A DNA stretch of 64,000 bases from Klebsormidium nitens. Taxonomy: Eukaryota > Plantae > Klebsormidiophyceae. The stretch covers positions 57,852 to 121,851 of the forward strand of contig DF237198.1 in assembly GCA_000708835.1 (NCBI GenBank), written 5' to 3'. Of the stretch, positions 15,901-28,800 are shown one piece after another. Made by a program: the position numbers and the translations under genes. The notes below the pieces were generated by a model. It worked only from the letters and a program-made list of their open reading frames with translations, was not told the origin of the DNA and did not search any database. The number at the start of each line of letters is the position of its first letter. Within the stretch, counting starts at the first letter, position 1.

Positions 15901-18900
15901 CTTGGTTTCGGCATCAAACGAACGAGTACAACTCATCGCTGGCTTTCGAATAAACAATCTGTATGGGGCACTTTACAACTCGGCCTCGCAACGTTCCCCT
16001 CCGCAAGGCTCCCTGTAGATTCTCTATATTGTGACGCAACTTGCGTGCAAGTAGAATCGGCATTACACGAGTTCTACGCACTGCCAAATCGGCTCGGGAA
16101 ATTTCACGACAAAGTCGCTTACTTGGAGTGCACTGATGGCGGCCCAGCGGGTGTCCTGTTGCTGGTATTGCTGCGCCACCTGGCGCGCGAAGAAGGCGGA
16201 CTTGCGCGCATACCCCAGCTGGCCGTAGATGCGCGAGCACTCAATGTATGCAATCAGCCGGTCGCTCGGGTCACCTAGGTACTTGCTGAACTCGGCTGAG
16301 GCAGTCAGGATCTCGGTCACGTCCCTGTAAGGGCGTTGGCTTTGAAGAGTCAATTATAGGTCTGGTCAGGTTCTTGTAAGTGGCTTTCACAACTTCGTCA
16401 GAATCTTTCTCAAGTCCCTCTTATATTGTCGGCTTTGAGCACTTGATCGTAATCTCAGTCACGACCTAGTTCATGACTACGTAAAGGTTGTTGTCTCAGT
16501 GATAAGCGAATGGGGAACTCGCACTCTCGCACTTTTCGAATTTTGCGGGACTGTGATTCTTGGTGGCCAATTGAAGTCATTTTCAGGCACCGTATCTGGC
16601 TCCGTCTGAAGCTTCTATCGACGACGATCCGAGATTCAGAAGCTAAGAAAGTGTCCAAACCGAACAAATGAGCAGACTGCAGAAGGCAAATTTGCAGTTT
16701 GAATGCCCGCAACTGGTTCCTTTCCTCTGCTTTCTGTGAAAGAGCAGGCGAGAAAGGGAGTTGCAAATCCGAGGAGAAAAAGAAGCATTGCTGCGGATGA
16801 ATGGAGCGTACTTTGCGTTCTCCCTCCTCGCGCTGAGGTAGCGCGCCAACTTGAAGCTGGCCTCGAGCTCGAAGGCCAGGACTTGCATCCGGCGGTACAG
16901 CGCAATCACCTCCATGTACTTGCTCCTTACCTCCTCGTCCACGATAGCGTCCCGCCCCTTTTCCCCCCTGCCAAGAAAAGTTGAGATTTAGAAATAACGT
17001 TTGTGAAGAGTGAGCGGGGCTAACGTGACTTCGTCTCTGAGGTTGATGGCGATGACAATCGCTGAGCCTCCTTACGCACGCTCCGAGATCCAGCGGTCCC
17101 ATTATGCACCCGTTTTGCAACAGCCTGCAGTATGTGGAATTGCATCCTTCAAGCGTTGCAGAAATATACAATCGAACAAGTTGGCACGTGATAAACAAAG
17201 GTTTTGGTTTGTCATCGTACAAAGGACCCCTTCGGAACGAGTTGACTAACTGTGGCGCCCCACGACCGAAGGAGTTGGCAAGACGTTTTACGACCAGTGG
17301 AAGAGCCTACTTCACCGATTGCAAGAGCCCTCGGCTCACCTCTCCACTACCAGGGCGCTGACATGCCCTTCCAGAGCCCCCGCAAGCCAGAAGTTGTCGA
17401 ACGTGGTCCGGGCCAGCTCAATTGCGGTCGCATAATGAGCGTGTGCGTCCAGGGGAGAGCCTGCGAGCAGGCAGAAGTCCCCGATCGTCTTCTGGACGCG
17501 GCCCAGGCGCCGCCGCTTGGCCTGTGCAATGTCTTCTCCTTGCCTGACTGGAGCTGGTTGCTGCAAGTTGAAACGATCAGCCTCAGAAACTGGAGCTGAC
17601 AGACGAGATGTGCCTGCTCCGGATTGCAATGAGATCCTTCGTTGAAGCAATACGACGAAAGACGTCTGAAATACGTCCATAAAACTGAATCAGAGATTCA
17701 TTGTTCAAGGAGAAGTGTGACGCAAACTGTCAAAGGGAAGGGCTTTCAGAAATTGCCTGACCTGGGCATCCAGGGGTGTCGTCAACCCTGCATTGGTTGA
17801 CTCTGCATTCAGTGTCCAACTCTCCAGGGCCATCAGCACGCTGGCTGCAAAGTCCTGCAGGAAGAGGGGGTGGTTAGATCCAGTAGCATGCCAGGATATT
17901 AACAGCCCCAATAAGGGGTTATCAATCTGGCTTAAGGGACGAAGCCATCAGCGTCATTCTGATCGGCGATGGATGCTGACAACAGGAAAGGACAAGGGCG
18001 CTCAAAGGCGCTAAGCAAGGTGACTTGAAGTTTCCAACAAGTTCCAACATACATGAGAGATGAAATTACGCACCTGCATCATGGTGCCGAGATGAAACTC
18101 GAGAAGGTTCCGGTCGGAAGGGGGGAAGATGATCAGATGCTGGCGCTTGTCGTTTGCTTGATTGGTCTGCTGAGTGGGCATGTCGGGAAACATGACGAGG
18201 GGCTCGCGGATGTCATCATCCTGCTTGACCTGTGACAAACGAAGGAATCCTCAGAATCATAGATGTTGACAAACTCTTTTCGAGGGTTTCCACCCAACCT
18301 GTCTTCGATTTGTTGATTCAATGAGTATTGTCAGTAGTCCTCCTACTCTGCTTTCTAGTCCACCTTGTGGCATGCATGTGAGTATAACTCCCCACCACTA
18401 GTTACGAAGTGCACTACCAGATCCAGTAGCAGAGAAGCTGAGGCTGGGGTGTACCAAAGCAGGGGAATGGGGGCTGGCAGACTAGAGGTTGTACCTGCTC
18501 GTCGCTGGGGTCGAATGCGAAACATCGCCTTGCTTGCGCACCAGGATACGCCTTGCAGGCGTTGAGGAAGTCGTTGTACGCCTCCGCAATATCAGGAGAA
18601 TGAGCACAGTGGCAGATGCCAATCACACCCAGGATCCTTCTATGAGCTTGGTACTCCTCCCAGACCCTGCAGATTGGCACACAACCTGAATCAGCGAAGT
18701 CTCCTTATGGTGCTGCAACTTCAGAGACTGCAAGTGACGTGCATTTCCTTGGCCACCACACACGTTCAAGTGGAAACACTTAACCATACTTGCCCATACA
18801 TTTTGAAAAAGAGAAACGCCTTCACTCTGCAGAGCTGGTTGTATGTCCGCCACCAATTGCGATCAGAATTTTAAATCCTCTCAAGATGGGGACAACTCCA

Positions 18901-19228
18901 GCTCATCTCTGCAACAGCCAGACTGCGTCGCTTGCTCCGACACTTTGCATCAACCACTTACAAGAAACGAAAACTGGCTTGAAACTCACCCCCGGCTTGC
19001 TCCCCCCAAAATGAATTTGAACTGCAAACAGCCTGTGTCCCATGGCTGGTACTGGAACGGGCTTTTCTGGTGCTCCGTGTAGAATGAGCTGACGTGGGGG
19101 AGGTCAATCTTGTGCGAAGCAAGCACCATGGACGAGTACTCCCGAAAAGTGGCCGGGCTGATATCCCCCACAGGCAAGACGACCACTCGAATCACTGCCG
19201 CACCTTCGATGCTCACGTCTGGCTCCAT
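9941..19228 (-). CDS. TRS120: TRAPP II complex subunit TRS120/TRAPPC9, ~1,311 aa
   Basis: 16 in-phase exons: 19228-18990, 18666-18495, 18229-18074, 17854-17762, 17560-17340, 16967-16812, 16324-16123, 15702-15334, 14856-14665, 14202-14071, 13696-13430, 13048-12698, 12343-11404, 10964-10799, 10480-10345, 10084-9941. Plant TRS120 motifs MEPDVSIE, SSFYTEHQKSPF, KRRRLGRVQKTIGD, AVRAGDPLAAWTAAARLLR, VPGEYTL. Confidence 0.97.
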
Positions 19229-19813
19229 GACGGCTCAACAGTAGACTGTCCAAAAGGAACCACGCAATCGATCAGGCAATCCTATCGGAGAACAATTGAG
19301 TCTGCAAAAGGAGGGAAGGGATTCATGTGCGAATAAAAACGAGCTCAAGCCCTTGAATTTTTGAGCAGCAGCGCAGCTGGCGCAGCAGCAGCGCCACTTG
19401 GAAGTCGGCAAGCTTCAAGTTCTGCCCTTTGCTGCTTGCATTTGCCCCCAGGGCCAGGGACAGAGTTCAGACCTCAACAACCGAGATTAGGGTTTTGCAA
19501 ACGCGTCTTTCATTTGCCCGCTTATGAGGTCGGTCGCAGCTTATAGGACGATATACATCAGCAGGCTTGGCTCCCCTCTAAAGTACGGCTCGACACTCGA
19601 AGCAGCGCCGGTGCAACTCGTATCGAGAAAGGTTCAATGGCTTATATCATCTTCAAAATTCCAAATATGCTGCACATCGGAACGGGAAAAGAATGAGCCG
19701 GAAATCTCTCAGGCTCGGATGCCAATGGTGAGGCGTGTTCGCATGGCTGCGGCCTGGGGAGTGCGCGAATGATGTGAGTGCCAAAGAAGCTGTGAGGCGC
19801 CCCATCGGCCTCA
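19229..19813. promoter_or_regulatory. Probable bidirectional promoter (TRS120 / NYN-LOTUS) with a telo-box
   Basis: 585 bp between divergent start codons. TTAGGGTTTT (reverse complement AAAACCCTAA, the plant telo-box) at 19487-19496. Confidence 0.55.
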
Positions 19814-22800
19814 ATGGCGTCTTCTCTACAAGCGTGGAGCTCCTCCCAAGGATTTTTGTGTGCATTTCGTCATCATGAGGGGCCTGCCTCCGTATCGCAG
19901 CACTGCATCTCCCACACCACATGCACATCGACTGCGGATAACACACGGTTGCATGGCCCCTCTGAGCATGGTGGGTCAGTGATCTCCCGCAGCCTTCAAG
20001 TGCATGGGAAACTTGATGCCATCAGGCGCCGCCACAGGACACAATCAGCAGAAGAACATCTCGATCGGCTAGCTCGCCCCCTCACACAGTCGGCATTCTT
20101 AGGCAGCAATGTCCTTGCGACCACCGCTGACATCGCGCTCGGCCGCGCCGTCATCGTTCGGGCTTGTTTTGCCTCATGGCCAGGCGCCAACGGCGCTGCT
20201 TACGGCAATGGTTACGACTACGACGGCAGGATCCCTCCCCAGCCAAAGTACATCGCCTTCCCAGTGCCAACACCCCCCATCGATGCACAGTTTCTTCCAA
20301 GCAGTGCGCTCCGTAGCCCACCGCCACAGTACTATCAACAGCAGCCACCGCCGTACTATCCGCCCGTGCCCCACCCCTCTGCGCAGCAGCCGGTGGGAGT
20401 GTTTTGGGACATTGAAAACTCGTCGATTCCAAAGGGCGCCAGAGTCGGAGCGGTGGTGCGGAGGATCCGGGCGGTGGCGCAGCAATTCGGGTGAGCGCCT
20501 TCATGTTTTCTTGGTGATGGGTGATAGAGCCCCTTAGCAGCAGTTGAACTTGAAGCATGCCTGCAAAAGTTGGCACAGGTTATGAGTGGCGTAAAATGCA
20601 CTTCAAGTACGTGAATGACAGCCCTGTAGATTGCTTGTATTCAGCAACGCCAGGAATCCCCTCCGTTTGAGCTTTGTTAATCAGATTGTGCTTCACATGT
20701 GGGAGCCTGCGCCCACGACCTCGTTGCACTCAGGCATCTGCAGGGATCAAAGGTGTATGATAGTAGGGCGTAGTTCTGTTGAGAGAATCTGACCAATGAT
20801 CGTGTCGCTGAAGTCAAAAGTACGCCTTTCATCTAGATCAGCTTAGAACCTTACGATCCTGCAGTCCCCAAAGAAGTGCCGAGCTCTTCTCAATTGCCAA
20901 AATTCTCCCCCCCCAGGCGCGTGCGAAGCCTGAAGGCATACGGCAAACTAGACGTGATAGAGCACTACATCGATGACCTAGTGGCGGCGGGCGTGGAGGT
21001 GCTGCCGGTGCCGGACGGCAAAGAGATGGCGGACAAGGCCATCATCACGGACGCCCTTCTCTTTGCGCTCGACAGCATTGACCAGCCGGGGGGGTAAGTT
21101 CGGAGCCATGAGAACCCCTGAAGTTTTTAAGGTCGAAGATTGCAAGAGACCTTCGTGGGGGCTCCATAGTGAGGTTGATGGCTAGGGAGCCCTTAGGAAG
21201 AAGCGGACATGGTCTAGGCAAATGCGTACTTGACGTTCCGTAGGGCTCTGAATGTTCTGGAACCAAGTGCCACAGATCCCCTTGATGTTCGGCGGCAAGT
21301 GGAGAGTTTTGCTGACTGAAACCTTGACCAAAAAAACTCAAAAATTCTCTAGTCGATTGATGCCCTTCTTTGAAAGGTTACACCCTCTTTTGATGAGAAC
21401 TACTGAAATGTCCAACAAGGATACATTCAAGTCGACAATGACAGTCTTTGTTGGGTGTCCGCCGCAGGGCTACACAACGTGGGGCGGTGATCATTGCCTC
21501 CGGTGACAAGGGCTTTGCATCGGTCCTGGGAAAGTTGAGCGCGAGGGGCATCCAGACGGTGATGCTGGCTCGCAGGCGCACTCAGGTGAGTCTTGCCACC
21601 TTTCTGGTGCTTTGGAAGGCTTCTGTTTTCTTGCCTCTCCCTTCTTGTTTGTAGTGCTGTCAGAACGGGAGCCTTTTAACGGTCTCTGTACGCTTTTAGT
21701 GGGGTTGCACCGTTTGTTCGTTCAGAACGTCTTTTGACCACCTCTCTTGTGCTTATCTCCTGACCTCTTTCCTACTCGACTGGACTGATCTTCTTTCTTT
21801 TGGGGCACCAAGAGTTCAAGGAGGTCTACGATTGGTGCTCTGTGTGGAAGGTGTAATTTTCTTGCGAGCTGCTTACAAAAAATGAGGGCCACAGAAGAAA
21901 GCAAATGTATTGACGAGCCAGGTCATTCAAGACTTCTTTTAGTGGTCATGAGAAGATAGTTTTGCGTGATTGTAGCGAGGAGGCCGCATCCCCACCGTGA
22001 TCACCAACTCGGTGGACTACACTTACGACTGGGAAGACCTAGTTCCCGACGGCCTTCGGGATCTTAGTCAGGAGCCGGGCCCCGCTCCGCCCCCTCCCAG
22101 AGCAGTCTCGCCACCCCCCCAGCCAACAGCGAAGGCAAAGAGCAGCGCCGTTGCCAATCAGAGCAGGTATGCCTCTATTTCTGTGCGACAGCAAGGAAAG
22201 GTACATCTGAATGCAGTGCGGCCTTTATGGATAGTACAGAATAATGGCTATGAGCGGAGGTTGGTTTGATGTCAAATTCTAAAGTGCTTTTGCGTGGTAA
22301 AAACGGAGAGTCTTCTCGGTTTGGCTGCAAGGGCGGCTGCTGTCAACCGCCGTCTCGATGACCACCTTCTGATGTTCGCTTCGTTATCAGTGTGAAGCGT
22401 TCAAGACCTAAGAGTCGTACTTCTTCATGACAGTGACCTGGGGCCCCCGCCGATGTGGAAGCCCCTCAGTGCACAGGATCCGACAAACGGGAAAAGCAAG
22501 AAGAAGTCGGCGGCGAAAGTCGAGGCCGCTCCCGTCGAGCCACCGCCCAAAAAAGCGACGGCCAAAGAAACGAGCGGCAAGGAACCATCTCCGAACGGCG
22601 CAAAAGGCCCTGTTCCGTCGAAATACATCCTCGAGAAGCTCAGAGGTCTCTCTGAGCAGGCATTGACCAGTGCCCCGGACAAGGCCTCTTCTCCAGAGCC
22701 GGAGAAGAAGCGAACTCCAATACCCACGGCGGTCGAAAGCGACAGTGTCGAGGAGGACGAGTCTAGCGACGAGGCAGACGAGTTTGACACCATGGAACCG

Positions 22801-25800
22801 CTCACGGAGATCCGGGGAGCGCCGATTGGCGAGTCGGGGGTGGGGCGGTTGGGCTGGCCGAACTGGAAGACATCACTGCAACAGGAGTCGAAACGGAAAC
22901 CGCAGACGAAAAGCCCGCCCCCGCCGAAACCGCAACCGCCGCCGAAGCCGCAGGCAGCCACCCCTCCGACACGGGAGACCGTCGTTTGGAACCCGCTAGA
23001 GGACCCCCCGGAAGCAATTCCAAAAGCAGAGGAAGCCGAACCTCCGACGACGCCGTTCGCATACCTTCCCCTAGCTGAGAAGATGCTGAGCGAACGGACC
23101 CCCCTGAAAGGAAGCGAAGTTGCGGATAAGGCGCTTGAGCTTCTGCAGAGTGCGCTTCGAGATCAGGAAAAGGCTCTCGTTACCGGAACAGGGGGGGCGG
23201 CTGGAAAGGGGTTAGGAGCAGGGGCTAAGGTTGACCCGGAAGCGCGGCAGAAGTCTGCGGAGCTGCTGGCGGCGGCGCGGGAAAAGATGATGAAAGTGTC
23301 AGCGGAGCGGAGCAGAAAGAAAGGAGAGACCGAGGTAAGGGTGGAAAGGTCGTTTCTCATCGCCGTGAAGCGTCTTTTAACCGCTGCTTATACTTGCGAT
23401 GCGGAACGAATTTTCGCGCTCTTGATTAAGATGGAAATGAAGGCTGCGACTTGTTGCTAAAGGAGTTTTCTGTGCTCGGAGAGGTCGATAAGATTGTTCA
23501 GCAGAGACCTCAGCAGGAAAGAAAGTTGTGCAAGAGAAAGCTGGATCCGCATGATTCAGCAGATTTCTTTTCAAGAAAATCTGGATGACAGATGCAAGTA
23601 GACTTCCAGTTTGTGTACTCGGCTTTCCAAGGGGGAGGAAAACCAGATCATCAGGATTTGGAAATCAAACTTGGCACAATTAGTAACGAGACCCTTGGTC
23701 TATACGCAGGCTGGAGACACTTCATCAAGTAAGTCGGCTGGCGTCAGTGGCTCTTCCAACGTTCCGGACAGCGCCAAGCCAGGACCGCCAATGCCACCGG
23801 ACGTGGCAGATGACGTCACAACGGAGCGTTCGAAGGTGACGGACGCCTCTCTGACGCTAGCCGCCGAGATCGGCTTCTCGCAAGAGCAAATGGCGCGCAT
23901 GATCCAGGCCGCCGTATCGACGAAACCCGGTGACGTCAGCGGATATGGTGAAACGACGCCAGAAGCTTCCGGAGGGCCGGGCGATGACATCACGCCCGAG
24001 GCGGCATCCGAAAAGGGCGCGGGTGAGGAGGCGGGGCAGCCGGGCAGCAAAGGGCGACCGTCGGATGACGTCAGTGCGGGCGGTGCTGAGGTCAGGCTGG
24101 TGCGGCTTAAGAACCAGCTGCGGCTGACGCTCTACCAGGAGGGCCCGTGCGCGTTTGCGTCGCTGCCGGGCAAGTATGCCAAGGTGGTGGGGCACCCGCT
24201 GAAGCTGGCGGAGTTTGGGTTGAAAAAACTGCAGGTGCGCAAACATTTTATGCTGGTCTTCAGTGCAAGTTTACCGAAGTGTCGAAGCGGTCCCGTCAGC
24301 CCACGTCTTCTGGTAGAGAGTAAAGGAAAGACTTTGTCTGCTTTGCCTGCCACTCTATTGCCACTTAGCCTCTAAAGCACATTGAAAGTCTCTCTGTCTT
24401 CTGCAAACGGCCTTTGAAAGCTGACAACCCGATTTTTCCCTGGTCTTTGACAAACTGCCAAAGCGGTTCAGCAATTGACGCCTGCCTTCCCCAGAGAGTT
24501 GGTGTGTATTGACGATGGCACTTCACACCCATCGGCATCTTTCCAGGACCTCGCGAGCTTCGATGACGTCATGAGCGTGTCGATCGACTTCCCGGACGGC
24601 TCCAAGGCGACGGCGGAGGAGCGCGAGGCGGCCGCCAAAGAGCGCCAGGCCTTCCTGCGCGACACGCCCCGCAACGCGCAGCTGCTCGCGCTCATCACCA
24701 GCGGCCTGCGCAACCTGCTGTACGAGTGAGTGGCATTTCATGCTTCCGTGGTCTTCTGCTGCTTCCTCGAAGCTCCTTCGTACTTTAAAGGGTCTGTAGA
24801 CACATAGACGGCCCCTTCCTGGCAAAGCTGGTTTTCATTCCGTTTCATTCCGCTCGGTCTCCGATTTAATGGTTTCAAGGGCCCGTGTCAGCGACATCAA
24901 TGTAGAAGCGGCCAGGGAGGCATCCTCTGACAAGTGAATGAACATCTTGAAGTTGTCCGTCCCGTCAAATATTCTTTTGTGCTGCTGCTCCCTTCAGAGC
25001 GCCAAGCATCGGGCCGACCGGAAACTTGCAGCTCCGTTTTTGAAAGAAGACCGAGAGTCCTGCTCTAAACCTCATAACAAAGTCCTCGTGTGTCAGACTT
25101 GGTCGTACATCCCTCCAATCCCGCTCGTTTACGAAACCCTCGCTTTCTCGTTCTCGCAGGGCTGCTGTCGGATGCAAGGACTCTCCTGACAAATACCAAT
25201 GTTAGTCTGCGTGTCCCTGCCCTGTGAAACCCCTTGTCGTGCATTCCCAACCCCGCACACTTTTCAAACCCCGCAAACCCCATTTCAGGTTACTCTCGGA
25301 CTGCGCGACGGGCGGCGTGGGCGGCAAGACGGTGGGCAGCCTGGTGTACTGGGTGACCGTCTGCACCAACGCCAGCATGGAGTCGCTCCTGCTCGCGCAC
25401 GGCTACCTGCCGCGCCCGGGCCTGCCGCGCGCCGACCAGGAGATTGCCACACACATCCTGTTCATGGACATGGCGGACGTCGTCAGGTGTGGCCGACTGA
25501 AACTAGTCTTGACCGTCCTCAGTCTTAACTGGTTTGCAACGTTCCCGGAGTCTCGCATTCTATGTGAACTCTCTCTGTATATGATGGTGTTGGGGTGTTT
25601 GGGAGGTCTGCCTAGCCTCAGAGGGTTCGTACAGGTTCTCTCAGCGATCAAGAGGCTGCCGATGTTCTTCTCAATTGAAACTCGATATTTGTGACTGAAT
25701 CGTGACTGATGCTTGCAACAATATAACAGGGGGTCAGTCAAGAACGATTGTTCGTCCGTATTAAGGGCTAAATCACCACATAAGAAGCAGGAGCAGAAAC

Positions 25801-28800
25801 TACCAGAAACGAGAGAAAGCGGTTCAATATCCGCCTGCTCATTGTGTCCACTTCTGGTCCTGACGCGCCTCCCCGCCACCGTTCTCCAGGCTGGACTACG
25901 GCACGTGCGAGCGCTTCAAGAACGTCAAGTGCTTCCTCCAGGACGGCGCGGAGCGGGACCCCGGTCAGCCGGCCCCCCAGGGGGACGACGTCCCCTACCG
26001 AGCGCCGGACCCCTCTGTCAAGTATTGCGATCCCGGGGTGATCCCCCCGAGTTTACCGATGGCACAAAGTGATGCGGCCGCTGTTTCTGACGAGGATTCG
26101 GAGGTTTCAGATGAGTCGTCTGAAGAGGTGAAGGGTTTAGACGGTGTTGCGGAGAGCGGGGCGGTAGACTTGGCGGGTGCTGACGTAGGGCCCCCGGCTG
26201 ACGTTAGTGCTGACGAGGGACCGCTTGCGGGTGGTGACGGTGACGAGGCTCAGGTAGGAGAGGTTGTTTCCGAAAGCGAGGCGGAGACGGGGAACGAACA
26301 GGGCAATGATGCTGAACCACTTGAGGGCGCATTTGAAGGAGGCGAAGAAGCCGGACAAGGAGTTGCGACGGGAGAATCTGCAAAGGTGGCAGGGACTGAC
26401 GACGGAGATGGAGCGAAGGCGCAGGCGGCAGAGGCGGCTAGATTTCAGACGCTTCTAAGTGGTTGGGAAGGGGTTGTCGAGGGCAGGGCAAGCGAGGATG
26501 CATTGAGTGCGGCGCAAAGTCCGGAGACTTTGACGCAGGCTTCTGAATCTTCCGTGGCTGACCAAATTCTTCCGGGAGCAGAGAGAGCAGCCTCCTTGCC
26601 GGCGGAGGCGGCTTCTGAAAATCTGCAGGCGGGCGATATGGATGCCCCGCAACTGATACTCTCTGAAAGGGAACCCTCGGCAAGCCCGGGGCTCGAGACG
26701 CTCCCCGGGGAAAGGCCTTCGTCACCCACAAAAACGCCTTCGCTCAGCAGCGCCCCCGAAGCGGCTCCGGCACGACCAATCCCCGCTGATGTCACAGCTG
26801 AGTTACGTGCTGAGGAAAAAGAAGCAGCCACCGAAAGCCCCTCATCTGAGGCGTTTGAAGCCCACCCCCCTCCGCTTTCCTCACCGCTTGAGGGCAGTTC
26901 CGGTGCTTACGATCCGATCGAAGCCGCCCGCCGTAACTGGGAGCTCTTCAAGCCCCCCGAGGTGATTGACCTGCGGTCGTCCGTCAAAAGCGCGCAGGCT
27001 GCTGACGCCAGCCAAGCTAGTGACGTTACAGTTGCGAGCACCTCGGAGATAGCCACGGCCGCAAAAGCTACCGAGGTGATCGAAGCAGATGCTAAAAACT
27101 TGGGAGTGGAGGACGGGCTTTTGTTCCCTGAGGAGTCTGTAATGATTGCTGCTGTTGTCCAAGCTCCGGACTTGGCTTCCCTCCAGCCGGGTGCTGACTC
27201 CACCCTGCCCGGAGACGGGGAGATGGTCAATGGTGAGCCAATCCGAAGCGTCGATTTTGAGGGGTCAGCAGAGTCTGAGGAGTCAGCAGGAGAAACGACC
27301 GATGAAGAAAAGTCTTTGCGGGAGGCGTCAACCACTGACGAGGAGGGAGAGAGCGAGGGCGGGCCGCAAGGGGTAGGAGAAACGGAGCAGGACGCGTGGG
27401 AGCGGGACCTGATGCACTGCCGCTGGCGCATGTTCAACCATGACGTCATGGTGCTTGTGGCGGAGGCGGCAAAGGACGGGAACGCACTCTCTGTGGAGGT
27501 GCGTCTGCACAACAGTCTTGACAACGGACTCTGCACGAAAGTTGGACGCACATGCCTGATAGAGCAAAGGAAGGCCCCGAAGAAACATCCGAGAAAATGA
27601 GTCGAAAGCAATCCCGTCAGTAGGTGGGACTTGTGTGTTGAGAGAATTGCTACACTGGCCCTTGTAGGTCGGAGCCTGCTTGCCCCCCCCTGTAACGCCT
27701 TGCGTTTGGTGTCTAAGTCCTACGTCATCACCCTTTAATCTGTCGCATGGCTCGTTGACCTCACCATAACGTCCGCTGGCACTTGCAGACCCCGAGCGCA
27801 ATATATTGCTCACACATAACCGCAACAGTCGTTTACAATCGCTTCCGCGGTTTGATTCGACCTCCAAGGTGAAGCAGGAAACTGTGTGTTTCAGGGCCTG
27901 CTGGCGCGGTACGAAGCAGTCTTCGGACGCCCGATGGACTCGGACCAGTACCGGACGCGCGACGGCGTCCGCACGACGCTGCGCAAGCGGCTGGCGGCGA
28001 TTCCGGACATCCACGGCGTCAGTGAGGACGCGCTTCTGATTAAGAAGCGAAAGCGGACGCTTGGGAAGCAGCACGGGCTGGCGTCCGGACTGAGGCAGGT
28101 GGGCGCTTCTGCCAACGGTTCGGACTGGCTCTTTCTTTTCTCTCTCAAAGCTTTCCTTTGGACAACGAGAGCACAGCAGTACAATTTGTCTCTTGGGGCG
28201 CCCCGGAAACTCGTCCTTGTTCTCAAATATGGTGAAGTTTGGTGGTTGAGTATACAGCGGGACTTGACTCAATAAGAGTTTGTGCCGGCTTTTGAGGAGG
28301 GCCTTCTTTTGTAAGACGATGCTCAGCCGCTGACGACTGAAAATGTCCGTCAGTTGCCGATGTCAAAGATGTGCCAAACAAGACGCGCTTATCAACATTG
28401 CAACTGAGTAGCGAACCAGCGAAGTGCGGAGCTGCTTGGTCTCTCAACAGATTATGCGAAATGGATTGAGACGGACTCCCGTTCGCTTCTGCAAACACCA
28501 TCACACGTAATGTCTAAGGTGCGAGAACTGCTTGTGGCATTGGTCGCTTGCTTTTCCTCGACTAGGAGCGAGGTCCCACTGTGCGTCCGGTGCTTATTGC
28601 AGGTGTTTTGGACGATCCTCGCGGACGCATACCCCCGTCGGCTCCCGTTCGACGAGCTGGCCGGCGAGACGCTTGCGCGACTGCCAGGGCACTCTGTGGA
28701 GTCCATTCTGAAGCAGCACGCCTACACTGACGGGGGCCACGCTATGAAGGGCCTGGTACTGGACAACTGTGACTTCATCGTGAGGTCAGTGGGCATGCGC

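Noticed and set aside
16455-17222. 255-aa minus-strand ORF
   Set aside because: Overlaps a TRS120 exon in the wrong frame and runs through introns.
23335-23460. Apparent stop ending a shorter NYN-only gene (likewise 30386-30515)
   Set aside because: A strong GTAAGG/GTGGGT donor and a phase-matched next exon; these are read-through into introns, although intron-retention isoforms cannot be excluded.
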